This document shows positions 32,516 to 43,449 of a stretch of DNA of 64,000 bases, in pieces; the stretch's first letter is position 1, and each line of letters begins with the position of its first letter. The stretch comes from Candidatus Poribacteria bacterium (lineage in GTDB: Bacteria > Poribacteria > WGA-4E > WGA-3G). Location: assembly GCA_965197475.1 (NCBI GenBank), contig CBDANF010000003.1:3616001-3680000 (forward strand), written 5' to 3'. The notes beneath the pieces were generated by a model. The model was not told the DNA's origin, did no database searches, and was given only the letters and a program-made list of their open reading frames with translations. Position numbers and translations under genes: made by a program.

Positions 32516-35500
32516 ATGAGAGATATAGAAGCCATCCTTAAAACCCGTATTCAGAACGATGAGGCAGCCACCTTTGTAGTTGTTGTGCCGACCGATGCTG
32601 CGCGCTTGAAACGCCAACGCGAGTTGATTGCGTATCATCCAAATCGGGCGGTTGCCAATTTGCAGGTGTATACCAGCGAAGATTTTGTCCAAAGGTTATA
32701 CAATCAAGTTCGTCCATCAAGACAACACATTTCATCAGGACTTCAAAACCTCTGGCTTCACGAAATAGCAGACCCGGACTCAGCCAATACTGGTACCTAC
32801 CGATATAATGCATTTCGTCCAATTGAAAACAGTGCTGTTCCTGATAGCACACTCTCCCTTATCGCGAACACGATAAATCACCTTAGGGATCAAGGCGAGA
32901 GCAAACCAAACTTTGATGCAGACAATAGAACCAAGACCGATCTTATTCACATTTATAACGAATATGAGGCAAAACTCAAAAATCGATGGATAGATGAGAA
33001 GGGAAAACATCTGTACCTCGCGAACAATTTCAAGGCAGAATTCATCAAAAGAGCGTTTCCCCATACCGACTTTGTTGTTGTTGAAGGGTTCACGGTACTT
33101 TCAAAAGCAGACATAAAACTTTTAAAACGCATTGCTGAAATGTCTGAGATAGAGATGTGGTTCCGCACTGATTGCGTTGAGGATAATGAGGACCTCTATA
33201 AAAATATAATTGACCTCGTCTCGCAATTTAGAGCCGCGAAAGCCTGCATTGATACGGCGTATGAACGCGATGCTAACCGACACCGGCATTTCGCAGAAAA
33301 TCTGTTCCGCACGAATACTATCTCGGATCACAGAATTGATCTAACAGAAAACATTAAAGTTTTGGAACCGACCGACCGATCCGAAGAGGTAGAAGAGATT
33401 GCATGTCTAATCCAGCAACATGTATCGGATGGGGATTGTAACTTTGGAGATATCTGTGTAGCCTATTATAGCTTGGGTCAATATCAACAGCGCATCGCCG
33501 AGATTTTTCCTGCTTACGACATTCCCTATTTGCTTTCAGAAAGCATTCCGTTGACAAAATCAGAGGTCGTCAAAGCAATCTTTTCTCGACTTTCATCAAA
33601 CCGAGAATCTATAGGCGATGTCTATTTCTCTGATGTTGAACCTGTATCAGACACCAACCAAACAGGCACAGGTCAACTTGATCCAGAAGCATTTCAGGGA
33701 TATGTTGATGGCTTTCTCAAAGAGGGCGAAGTCCTCCAACACATTCTAAACCCGATGCTTTCAAAAAATCGTGAAATCGTTGAAGGTGAGGTAAACGCAT
33801 ATCATCAATTCACTGAAATCGTCCAAGAACTTTGTGCTGTGTTAAGGGAAGGGGAGGAGTCATATCGTCTTGATAATTTTATTAAAAAACTTCACTATAT
33901 TGCAAGGCATACACACTATCAAAGCAGGGCACGGGCAAAAGGTGAAACTGTCAGGATTGTCCCACTCAGCGAACTAAGAAGTTTAGAGTTTGATACTGTC
34001 TTTTTAGGCGATTTCGTAGACGGTGGGTTTCCACAAACGTATCGTCCTGATCCGCTGCTACCAGAAATCCCATATCGTACTGAGGATGAACAACTGCACG
34101 ATAATCGATTGTTATTCTATCGGGTTCTCAAATCTTTTCGGGAACGGCTGTATCTACTTGCACCGAAACGCGAAGGTGTATCTGAACTAATTCCCTCTTT
34201 ATTCAAAATACAATTAGAGGCAATTGCCAAGATCGGAACGGACGAAATTGCAAATCTTATGTCAAAGAGTATACCCGGTTTCCTCAGTGCGTACGGCAAT
34301 CATGTATGGTCAGCAGAAAAGCCGTCCCAAGATGAATTTCCTCGTAATCTTGAAAATATGCGTTCCTTAATTGATCATGTCGTTTCAGTTGAAAAGAGTC
34401 GTGAGGAAACACACGATAAATCGGCGTATGAAGGAATTTTGACTGTAGAAGAACTCACTTCCGAGAGTCAGTCTGATTTGAAAACACATCGCAATGAACC
34501 TTATTCGGTCACAGATTTAGAGACTTATGCTAAATGTCCCTTTCAGTACTTTGTTGCCAAAGTGCTGAAGTCTAAAATCAAAGAGGACGAGCTTGAGGAT
34601 GAACTGTCCAGTCAAGAAAAAGGAGAGTTGGTACATCAAATCCTTTGCACCTTCTATATGGAACGAAGGGAGCGAGGAGATGTTCCCATTAGAAAATGTA
34701 ATGATGAAGTTTTTGAAGAAGCAAAACGACAATTAGATGAAGTGCTACACTCCAAATCTGAGGAAAAACGCACTCCACGTTCGGATGTCAGTGAAGACAA
34801 TCTTTTTTGGAAAACAGATATAGATAAACTGCGCGCATCACTACATAAATGGCTGGAAGCGGAGCGTGCCTATGATCTACATGTTCTGCCAAGCTTTTTT
34901 GAGGTTAATATTGGACGAACAGGTGAATCTGGGGATCCGAAACTTAGTCATTCTGAACCGATTCTCATTGGCAACGTGCTTATGAAAGGCAGAATAGATC
35001 GTATTGATATGGGTGAAGGGAGCTTTAATATTATTGATTATAAGACGGGAAGTTCCACGATTAGAATATCCGAGATTCTTAATGGGCGAAGTCTCCAGCT
35101 GTCCATCTATTTACAAATCGCAAAGAAACTATTAGATGAAAAAGGGATAACCGGATTAGAACCAACATCTGGACTCTATCACAAAATCAGGTTGGATGAA
35201 TGCACAGTTGAACTTGGCATCGGGGTAGAATCATTGAATGATATTGCTTACAGAACTTTCAACGGTAACGAATGGAAACAGGCGAATAAAAGTGGGCAGT
35301 TATTAAACGACGAACTTTTTGACGTACGACTTGCGCGCGTTAATGGTTATGTTCAACAGTATGTTAACAGTATTGCTAACGGTAACTTTCCCCTCATCAC
35401 GTGTGTTGATTCATTTGTAGATTCGGAAGAGGAAGGTGCCGCACCTATCACTCCTAAAGATATTACCCAACCGTGTAATTATTGTGCTTACAAACGAGTT

Positions 35501-35545
35501 TGCCGTGTCGGTGCATTTGCTGAGGCATCCCAAACAGACGTATAA
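32516..35545 (+). CDS. AddB/RexB-like PD-(D/E)XK nuclease
   Basis: CPFQYF, G.LVH.IL, GRIDRID..IIDYKTG, LQLSIY, CNYCAYKRVC. Confidence 0.8.
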   Translation: MRDIEAILKTRIQNDEAATFVVVVPTDAARLKRQRELIAYHPNRAVANLQVYTSEDFVQRLYNQVRPSRQHISSGLQNLWLHEIADPDSANTGTYRYNAFRPIENSAVPDSTLSLIANTINHLRDQGESKPNFDADNRTKTDLIHIYNEYEAKLKNRWIDEKGKHLYLANNFKAEFIKRAFPHTDFVVVEGFTVLSKADIKLLKRIAEMSEIEMWFRTDCVEDNEDLYKNIIDLVSQFRAAKACIDTAYERDANRHRHFAENLFRTNTISDHRIDLTENIKVLEPTDRSEEVEEIACLIQQHVSDGDCNFGDICVAYYSLGQYQQRIAEIFPAYDIPYLLSESIPLTKSEVVKAIFSRLSSNRESIGDVYFSDVEPVSDTNQTGTGQLDPEAFQGYVDGFLKEGEVLQHILNPMLSKNREIVEGEVNAYHQFTEIVQELCAVLREGEESYRLDNFIKKLHYIARHTHYQSRARAKGETVRIVPLSELRSLEFDTVFLGDFVDGGFPQTYRPDPLLPEIPYRTEDEQLHDNRLLFYRVLKSFRERLYLLAPKREGVSELIPSLFKIQLEAIAKIGTDEIANLMSKSIPGFLSAYGNHVWSAEKPSQDEFPRNLENMRSLIDHVVSVEKSREETHDKSAYEGILTVEELTSESQSDLKTHRNEPYSVTDLETYAKCPFQYFVAKVLKSKIKEDELEDELSSQEKGELVHQILCTFYMERRERGDVPIRKCNDEVFEEAKRQLDEVLHSKSEEKRTPRSDVSEDNLFWKTDIDKLRASLHKWLEAERAYDLHVLPSFFEVNIGRTGESGDPKLSHSEPILIGNVLMKGRIDRIDMGEGSFNIIDYKTGSSTIRISEILNGRSLQLSIYLQIAKKLLDEKGITGLEPTSGLYHKIRLDECTVELGIGVESLNDIAYRTFNGNEWKQANKSGQLLNDELFDVRLARVNGYVQQYVNSIANGNFPLITCVDSFVDSEEEGAAPITPKDITQPCNYCAYKRVCRVGAFAEASQTDV

Positions 35546-35623
35546 TTTTCGTTTCAGTAGAAATTTTCTGTCTTTCCTTTCTAACCCAGTCTAAATTCGG
35601 TGTTTTTACGCTGATCAAAAAAC

Positions 35624-35652
35624 TTGCATGCTTTCCATAATTCTGTTATACT
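35624..35652 (+). promoter_or_regulatory. Sigma70-like promoter of sod
   Basis: TTGCAT-17bp-TATACT with TG extension. Confidence 0.6.
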
Positions 35653-35688
35653 TTTTTATGACCTAAATTTTGAAGGAGGCTATTTTAA

Positions 35689-36297
35689 ATGGCACACACA
35701 TTACCAGAACTCCCTTATGCACATGATGCTTTGGAACCGTATATTGACGCACAAACGATGGAAATCCATCATGGCAAACACCATCAAGGTTATGTAAACA
35801 ATCTGAATGCTGCATTAGAAGGTCATGACGACCTTGCTAAATTAGATGTTAAAGAACTACTTAGTAATATTGATCAAGTACCAGAAGACATTCGTCAGGC
35901 AGTCATCAACAACGGTGGTGGGCATGCAAACCATTCGCTTTTCTGGTCCATTATGAGTCCCAACGGTGGTGAACCCAGCAGTGGTGAAGTCGGAGAAGCG
36001 ATAAAATCTGCCTTTGGATCGCTTGATGCTGCGAATGAAGAATTCATAACTACTGCAACCAAACGTTTCGGTTCTGGTTGGGCATGGCTTGTTATTGGCG
36101 ATAATGGATTGGAAATTTACTCCACAGCAAATCAAGATAGTCCAATTATGCAGGGGCATACGCCTATTCTCGGAATTGATGTCTGGGAACACGCGTACTA
36201 TCTGAACTATCAGAACCGTCGTCCAGACTACGTTGAGGCGTGGAAAAATGTCGTCAACTGGAGCAAGGTTAACGAACTCTATTTGGCAAACGCCTAA
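35689..36297 (+). CDS. sodA: Mn/Fe superoxide dismutase
   Basis: [34 protein letters not shown]. Confidence 0.95.
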   Translation: MAHTLPELPYAHDALEPYIDAQTMEIHHGKHHQGYVNNLNAALEGHDDLAKLDVKELLSNIDQVPEDIRQAVINNGGGHANHSLFWSIMSPNGGEPSSGEVGEAIKSAFGSLDAANEEFITTATKRFGSGWAWLVIGDNGLEIYSTANQDSPIMQGHTPILGIDVWEHAYYLNYQNRRPDYVEAWKNVVNWSKVNELYLANA

Positions 36298-36527
36298 AAT
36301 CCGATTTGGCGTATTTGTAGGGGCGGTTTCCAATCTGCCCCTATTTCCTAAATAGCAGACACACGCCGCCGAGTTTCCATTCCGTACAAACAAAAGATTC
36401 TCCCAGTAACTGCGTTTAGAAAACCGAAGCTGAAACGCGCTACGCCGAATCACATTTTACTAAATCATCTAACGAAGATTTAATGATGTTATAACCAATT
36501 TAAGTTCCTATGTAGGAGAAAACGCCA

Positions 36528-37337
36528 ATGAAAAGATTATTTTGTTTTGTATCAATTATCGCGCTAACTTTCGTGAGTTACAGTTTCGGACAGGATGTCG
36601 CTGTCGTTTACGATGTAAAAATGGAAAACGGCAATGGCTTAGGTATTCAAAATGCGAAACAGTTAGCAGACCTCATTGTAGAAAAACTTAAAGATAAAAA
36701 ACTCACTGCGGAAATTGTTGGTGCTGACGGTTTAGTAGAATATATGGATGCGAACCCGAAAGGTATCTATATTATCACCCAAGGAAATACACCTGAAACA
36801 ATATTTCAGAATAAGGGGAAAGACGATCTCATTCATTCTTGGTTAAGGGAAGGTGGTATCGGTGGATTCATAGGAGATTTTCCGTTCTACTATTATTGGG
36901 ATTTTGATGCTAATGCACGAGTTGCCCCAGCGGAGGTAGGACAGCAAAGCGTATTCGGTGTTCAGGTCACACAAGCACAGGACCCGGCAATTACAGTTAC
37001 ACCGACAGACCTTGGTAAGTAGTACATACCTTCACTTAAACAATGGACATCAAACCGAGCTGTTGGTATCGATATTTTAGAACAAAACGATTTTGAGTTT
37101 GAAAGTTATGCAGATAACGGCGCAAATGCTGATCCAATCGCTTACAGAACAGAAGATATGAAGGGATGGTTTATCAATTTCCATACCTCTTGCTGCGGCA
37201 CTGTGATACCAGGAAACGAACAAGTCGCAACCGAATATGCAGAACTCATTTCAAATCGCTTTGCAACGGAATCACAATCGGTTGACCCAACAGGGAAAGT
37301 CAGCGTTGTTTGGGGGCAGTTAAAATCTCTACGATAG
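36528..37337 (+). pseudogene. Secreted protein with in-frame TAG and C-terminal WGxLK tail
   Basis: Signal peptide; TAG at 37020-37022, then the same frame stays open to SVDPTGKVSVVWGQLKSLR*. Confidence 0.8.
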
Positions 37338-37719
37338 TCAACCTATCATCCGTAGTCCCGATATTTCGATTGAGACTGCGGACGTGAAATTGACAAGCAG
37401 GTACTAGGGCTATTTAATTTAACGTTACACCCCGCCCTAAAGGACGGGGATTCTAGGTATCATGCATAACATTATATTCAGCAAGAAAGACGTTAACGAT
37501 AGGTGGGCATCCCATACGTTTTTGCTTTGCACTTGCTTTATCTGATTACTCCAATCAAATCACAATTGTCCAAAACACACGTTGCTGTATAGTACCACAC
37601 AACGTGTGAAATGTCAAGTCGGCAAAACACGTGTATCTGTGGTTCTGTTACGTCCTGTTATATTTAAGAATAAAACGCCTCCGATGTGTTGGGCGGTCAG
37701 GGGCGTTTTTTGCTTGGAC

Positions 37720-37756
37720 TTGACAAACGGGTATGAAATACTTATACTGTACCCGT
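37720..37756 (+). promoter_or_regulatory. Strong promoter with overlapping inverted-repeat operator
   Basis: TTGACA-17bp-TATACT; ACGGGTA...TACCCGT. Confidence 0.6.
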
Positions 37757-37820
37757 AAATCAATTTTGCAAAAAGCGGGAAATTCTTTCGTGCCGCTGTT
37801 CTAAGGAAGGAAACAATCTT

Positions 37821-38806
37821 GGCTCATGTAAAAAGTAAGTGCTATTTTTTCAAAGTTATGTTAGCGTGTTACCTATGGACTTTCCAATACAATCTCTCCT
37901 GGATGAAGAAAAAACTCAAGCGTGGGTGTTGGATCATTTCCACCCTCAAGGGCTGTGTTGCCCAAAATGCCAAGCGAGCGTGGCGGAGGCACGCAAGTTC
38001 CGTCCGACTGAAACAAGTGGTCTACAAGTGTATCGCTGCAAACACTGTGAGAGCATCTACAACCTCTATACCGGGACGGTCTTTGCTGGCACGCAGTTTC
38101 GTCCCTCACAGGTCGTTCTGCTTTTGCGCGGTGTCTGTCAAGGTGTTTCAAGTGCACAACTCGGGTGTGAACTGGGTCTAAGTCGTCAAACCGTTCTTTC
38201 TATAAGACGTAAACTCCAAACTTCGGCAGAGCAGATACAACCCGAAGCTGCTTTACCTGATGCTGAAGTCGAAACAGATGAGATGTTTCAAAACGCCGGT
38301 GAAAAAGGCGATAAGCACGTTGATGCTTCGGATCCGCCGCGTCGGCGTGGCAATAAACGCAGGGGACATGGGACTTATGACAATGATCGTCCGCCTATTG
38401 TTGGGACGAAAGGTCGCGAAAGCGGTCTCCTGAGATTACGTGTTGTGCGGCACACCGATTCTGCGACGCTTTCAACACACGTTCATCAGTGGACGTTGCC
38501 GACTTCAACGGTGTATACGGATGGTTGGCGTGGCTATAACCGTATTCAGCGCGCCCGTGAGATTGTTCTCCATAAGGATGGCGAGTAGGCAAGAGACGCA
38601 GACGGTGATGGTCTTTACGAGATCCATACAAGGACGATTGAAGGTGCCTGGACGACGCTGCGAAACTTCCTTCGTCCCTTTCGTGGCGTTCATAAAAAGT
38701 TCCTCGCCGGTTACGTCGCAATCTGTGAGTTCGTCATGAATCTAAAAGCTGTCAGTGTTGATTTTATAGCAAAACTCGTCAAAAGCACTTACTCTTGACA
38801 TGAGCG
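37821..38806 (+). mobile_element. IS1595 family insertion sequence with nonsense mutation
   Basis: TIRs GGCTCATGTAAAAAGTAAGTGC / GCACTTACTCTTGACATGAGCG; CPKC..CKHC zinc ribbon, ETDE, YTDGW; GE*ARDADGDG. Confidence 0.9.
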
Positions 38807-38928
38807 AATACTGTTTGATCTATACTGTCTTTTATACTATACTTTATATTAGACATTATAACTAATTAGTTGTCCGTTTGGTTAGTCTCTATTATACTTA
38901 TTACAATCGGACAATAGGAGGCTAACTC

Positions 38929-39831
38929 ATGATAAGTTTTCAAGAACTAAGGGACAAACCTGATACGCTCCTGTCCCTCACCGGATATACCTTAGAAGAT
39001 TGGACTGAACTATCACCTTATTTTACTAAATGTTTTTTAGAGTATGTTCAAACACATACCCTTGCAGGAAAACCGCGCAAAAAACGGAGATATAAACCGT
39101 ATAAAAATAGTCGTTTTGATACACCTGAAGATATGTTGCTATTTATACTGATTTACCTTCGTGAAGCACCGAAACAAGTGCTATTCGGTGCGCTCTTTGG
39201 CATGTCTCAACCTCTTGCTAATAGATGGATTCACTTGCTTTTATCGATATTGAACAAAGCATTAGCAGAACTTGGAGAGTTGCCATCTCGGGAAACAGAC
39301 CCCGCACCTATATGTGCTCCATCAAAAGTATCAACTCAAAATCAAGAAGGAGAACATTTTTTTCATGATAGCACCGAACGCCCTATACGACGCCCAAAAG
39401 ACCTGTCAACTCAAAAGGCGTATTATAGTGGTAAAAAGAAATGCCATACAGTGAAAAATAATCTGATTATCAATGAGGCCTGCAAAGTCGTCCTATTGAC
39501 ACCTTCTTTTGAAGGAAGACACCATGACAAACACATAGCCGATATGGTGGGCTATTGTGTGCCACAGGGTAGCACATTGTCCCAAGATACCGGTTTTCAG
39601 GGTTTCGTTCTCCCGGATATAAACATCATTCAACCGAAGAAAGGTTATGGAGATTCACAGCCCAATGCTATCCAACGCACATTCAACACATTACGAAAAG
39701 CAGTTCCAAGTGTCTTGGAATGTATCAAAATCATCTATTCTGTTGCGCGAAGATATCCGAATCATCACCTCAGCAACGTCATCCCCAATTCGTATTCCGG
39801 TCTACGGCTACATCCGCGCAGACCAATCTAA
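38929..39831 (+). mobile_element. HTH_Tnp_4/DDE_Tnp_4 (IS5-like) transposase, C-terminally truncated
   Basis: LLFILIYL..LFGMSQP.ANRWIH, DSTERPI.RP, YYSGKKKCHTVKN, QDTGFQG; sequence diverges after QPKK. Confidence 0.8.
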
Positions 39832-39966
39832 TACCCTATCACTGCCACAGGAAAGGGAGTAGGGCTATCGCTTAATGTTCAGCATTACATTTGATTTTTA
39901 ATACGAAGTTTAAAACAGACACGGTTTGATTGATGTCTGTTGAATTATGACGAATACGCGATAATT

Positions 39967-40182
39967 CTAACGCTGTTTTTCAATAAGTCTTCCAACGAAA
40001 AAGACAATAATACCGAGTGCCAAGAAACCCATCTCAACACCCATTGCTTTAGCTGCACTATACTCAAAAGGATTTACAAGGCCCAAAAAGAGGGCAGCAC
40101 CCAAGCAGACTATACCCATAAGTTCTAAAGTTTTTCCGATATAATACACCTGTTCCCCATTTTTAGGGACAAATTCCAGCAT
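39967..40182 (-). CDS. Small two-TM membrane protein
   Basis: Two hydrophobic helices in 71 aa. Confidence 0.55.
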   Translation of the reverse strand: MLEFVPKNGEQVYYIGKTLELMGIVCLGAALFLGLVNPFEYSAAKAMGVEMGFLALGIIVFFVGRLIEKQR

Positions 40183-40225
40183 TTTTAGCGGTGTGCTAAT
40201 GTTGAAATTTGTCCTGATATGTTAT

Positions 40226-40930
40226 TTAGTAGAGTCTTTTGATTTGCCCCCATCGGATCAATTTTTGCTGCGCATTAGGATTTATTTTCGCTGTGAAAAC
40301 GATATCAGGAAGCATGTTGTCCTGTTCTGTATAGCCTTCTGGTCCCCAAGCGATTTTATTTTGTAATTGGCCATTATCAACGTCATTATAGGCTATACTA
40401 AAACCGATAGTATTACCTTTACTTGCGATGTCTCCAAGCCGAAAACTTAGTTCACACGTTTGACCATCATTTCCCCAAGCGACTGATGCTAAAGGTGATT
40501 TCAGAACGCCTTCCTCTATTCCTATCGGAATTTCATAGCGATAGAGGTTATCCTTACGCTGGTAGTGAAATTGATCAATATAGAGGATAAGTCGATCTTC
40601 CCTAAGAAGTTTAGATTGATATTTTTCAAACTGATCGTCTTGTATTTTGATGGCGACATATAGGAATCCGCCACGCCAGACTGCTTTGAAGGATCCGGTG
40701 AAATCATCGGATTCCATCCATTGATGTCCGGCCATGATCTCTCGGTTGAGTTTGCCAGGTAACGCTTCTTCCCACACGGGGTCATCAAGATATCCATCAA
40801 CGATAGGTGCGACAGAAACAAGTTCCGCGTTATATTGAAAATTTTGAAGATTTTCGTCTTTAAGATGCCCTAACGTATAAGATACCACTGTCAGTAATAG
40901 TACACCGGCCAAAAGAATCTGTTTACGCAC
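40226..40930 (-). CDS. Secreted CBM9-like sugar-binding protein with WGQIK tail
   Basis: Signal peptide, APIVDGYLDDPVW, W..LYVA..IQDD, IGFSIAYNDVD; AGGAGG RBS. Confidence 0.7.
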   Translation of the reverse strand: MRKQILLAGVLLLTVVSYTLGHLKDENLQNFQYNAELVSVAPIVDGYLDDPVWEEALPGKLNREIMAGHQWMESDDFTGSFKAVWRGGFLYVAIKIQDDQFEKYQSKLLREDRLILYIDQFHYQRKDNLYRYEIPIGIEEGVLKSPLASVAWGNDGQTCELSFRLGDIASKGNTIGFSIAYNDVDNGQLQNKIAWGPEGYTEQDNMLPDIVFTAKINPNAQQKLIRWGQIKRLY

Positions 40931-41233
40931 TCCATGAATCCTCCTTTGGACATGATTGGAATTTAGTATATCATAGTCAATTTAACTCTGTCAACTGAAA
41001 TTAATTTCAGCGCAAACCTTTAATTCTGGCAAACATTCTTATGGGAGGGCTTTGTAAGTCCAGTAATTTCTCATCCAATTGGTTGGGGGATCCACTGTGT
41101 CCTGCCGAATCAACGCTAAACGTGCTTGTGGTACTCGGGTTTAAGCAACATACCGGCTTTGACTTTTTGGCTAAGTTGAAACAACACGAATTCAGTTAGA
41201 TTGGGACTTCTATAGGATTTTTTCAAAATTCAG

Positions 41234-41262
41234 TTGATATTAAGTTAAAAGTATGTTATAAT
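41234..41262 (+). promoter_or_regulatory. Sigma70-like promoter upstream of ftsH
   Basis: TTGATA-17bp-TATAAT with TG extension. Confidence 0.6.
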
Positions 41263-41547
41263 TTACCCATAAAGTTTTAAATATATTTTCAAAAAACAAA
41301 CGCGGAACAGCAGATTACGACAAAAGTTGTTGAACGTATTCAATTTCAGTGCTTGTCCTGAATGCGTGCCATAATCTGCAGCATCGTTCTAAATCTGATA
41401 AATTTTAAAAATAACGTGAGTTTGATAGTAAGTGCGGTTAGGAAACCGCACCTAATAGCGTAGTTTTGTGGGTAAAGTTCACTGAAATGGTGAATTATGT
41501 TCAAATTTACCATTAATTAAACTTACGTTAAAATAGAAACGAGGCGA

Positions 41548-43449
41548 TTGGTTGTGAACAAGAACACAAAAAACATGTTTGTGTGGTTTATTTTGGGGTT
41601 GGTTGTTGTTGTTGCTATCTACCAGCTTATCAACCGGAGTGACCAAGTTCATCAGTTGGCAACATCTGACTTTCATCGCTACATAACGGAGAAAAAGAAC
41701 TTCTTCGAAGGTTACCTAATTCTTGATGACGAATGGATTGAAGGTAAGTTTCGAGAGAATTATGTGGAAAAGGTTAGAGAAGAGCTGGAGAATGAAAAAA
41801 CGGTATTCCCGCCAAAATGGAAGGGAGAATTTAAAACAAGTCGTGATACAAATGATGAATACAACATCCAAGAAAAACTTGATGAGTATCGGATTCCTTA
41901 CGATGTTGATCCTGCCTCTAATTTTCCTGAATGGCTGCTCGTTTTCGGTACGACAATAGTGCCGTTATTGATATTCTTAGGTCTGATGATTTTCCTTTCT
42001 CGCCAGATGCAAGGGAGTGGAAACCGCGCACTCTCTTTTGGTAAAAGCCGCGCGAGGCTCCATACTGAAAATGAAAAGAAAGTTACCTTTGAAGATGTCG
42101 CAGGTGTAGACGAAGCAAAAGATGCACTTGAAGAGGTTATCGAATTCCTTAAAGCACCTAAAAAGTTTGAACGCCTCGGTGGAACAATTCCCAAAGGTGT
42201 GTTGTTAGTCGGTCCTCCCGGGACTGGTAAAACAATGCTGGCGCAAGCTGTCGCAGGTGAAGCAGATGTGCCATTTTTTAGCATAAGCGGTTCCGACTTT
42301 GTAGAAATGTTTGTCGGTGTAGGAGCATCTCGCGTACGAGACCTATTTGATGAAGGAAAGAAAAACGCTCCGTGCATTATCTTTATTGATGAACTTGATG
42401 CGGTCGGTCGCCATCGAGGTGCCGGAATTGGTGGTGGGCACGATGAACGTGAGCAAACTTTAAATGCACTGCTTGTTCAAATGCAAGGGTTTGAGACATC
42501 TGAAGGCGTTATTTTGATTGCAGCGACAAACCGTCCGGATGTTCTTGACCCTGCCCTATTACGGCCCGGTAGATTCGACCGTCAAATCATCGTTGATTTG
42601 CCTGATGTTCGCGGTAGACAAGCTATTCTCACTGTTCATACAAAAGAACCCTATAAAATTTCGGAGGATGTCAATTTAGAGATATTAGCAAAAGCGACAC
42701 CAGGATTTTCTGGAGCAGACCTGAAAAATATGGCGAATGAAGCCGCCCTGCTTGCGGCGAGACAAGATAAAGAAATGATTGACATGAGCTGCTTTGACGA
42801 AGCGAAAGACCGCGTCTTGATGGGACCCGAACGCCGTAGTTTGGTCATTAGTGAGGAAGAAAGACGCATCACTGCCTATCATGAAGCGGGGCATGCGCTT
42901 ATGTTGCATTTCGTGCCAGAAAGCGACCCTAACTATAAATGTACAATTGTGCCACGCGGTAGAGCACTCGGTGTAACCGCTATGCTCCCACTTGAAGAAC
43001 GGCATAATCTAAATAAGAAGAGGCTCCTCGCGCATATTATCTTCGCGCTCGGTGGCCGTGTTGCTGAAGAAATTATCTTCCACGAGCAGACGACTGGCGC
43101 GCAAAACGATTTTGAACAAGCAACCCGCCTTGCCCGCCGAATGGTCACCCAATGGGGTATGAGTCCAATGGGACCGTTGACTTTTGGCAGAAGAGATGAA
43201 CAGATCTTCCTCGGCAAGGAACTGGCAGTTCATCAAGATTACAGTGAACAGACCGCGATTGCAATTGATAAAGCAGTTTACGACATTGTAATGGAGTGTT
43301 ACGATAAGGCGAGAGAAATTATAGAGACAAACCTTGAGGGCTTGAAGCTGCTCGCAGATGCTCTCTTAGAACGAGAAACATTAATCACCGAAGAGATTGA
43401 AGAGATCCTCGGTCCCCGGCCACAGTTGCCAGCTAAAATCCTCACATGA
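41548..43449 (+). CDS. ftsH: ATP-dependent zinc metalloprotease FtsH
   Basis: Two TMs, [35 protein letters not shown]. Confidence 0.97.
   Translation: MVVNKNTKNMFVWFILGLVVVVAIYQLINRSDQVHQLATSDFHRYITEKKNFFEGYLILDDEWIEGKFRENYVEKVREELENEKTVFPPKWKGEFKTSRDTNDEYNIQEKLDEYRIPYDVDPASNFPEWLLVFGTTIVPLLIFLGLMIFLSRQMQGSGNRALSFGKSRARLHTENEKKVTFEDVAGVDEAKDALEEVIEFLKAPKKFERLGGTIPKGVLLVGPPGTGKTMLAQAVAGEADVPFFSISGSDFVEMFVGVGASRVRDLFDEGKKNAPCIIFIDELDAVGRHRGAGIGGGHDEREQTLNALLVQMQGFETSEGVILIAATNRPDVLDPALLRPGRFDRQIIVDLPDVRGRQAILTVHTKEPYKISEDVNLEILAKATPGFSGADLKNMANEAALLAARQDKEMIDMSCFDEAKDRVLMGPERRSLVISEEERRITAYHEAGHALMLHFVPESDPNYKCTIVPRGRALGVTAMLPLEERHNLNKKRLLAHIIFALGGRVAEEIIFHEQTTGAQNDFEQATRLARRMVTQWGMSPMGPLTFGRRDEQIFLGKELAVHQDYSEQTAIAIDKAVYDIVMECYDKAREIIETNLEGLKLLADALLERETLITEEIEEILGPRPQLPAKILT

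Noticed and set aside
35857-36453. Long antisense ORF over sod (likewise 24692-25339 and 60104-60826)
   Set aside because: Shadow frames of well-supported genes with no motifs
37430-37449. IS200/IS605-type end hairpin CCCCGCCCTAAAGGACGGGG
   Set aside because: No tnpA/tnpB nearby; at most a remnant
37020-38588. Two in-frame TAG codons suggesting amber recoding or pyrrolysine
   Set aside because: TAG is the true stop of aspC, iscS and others here; the IS1595 case is best read as TGG-to-TAG at a Trp position; no pyl genes seen
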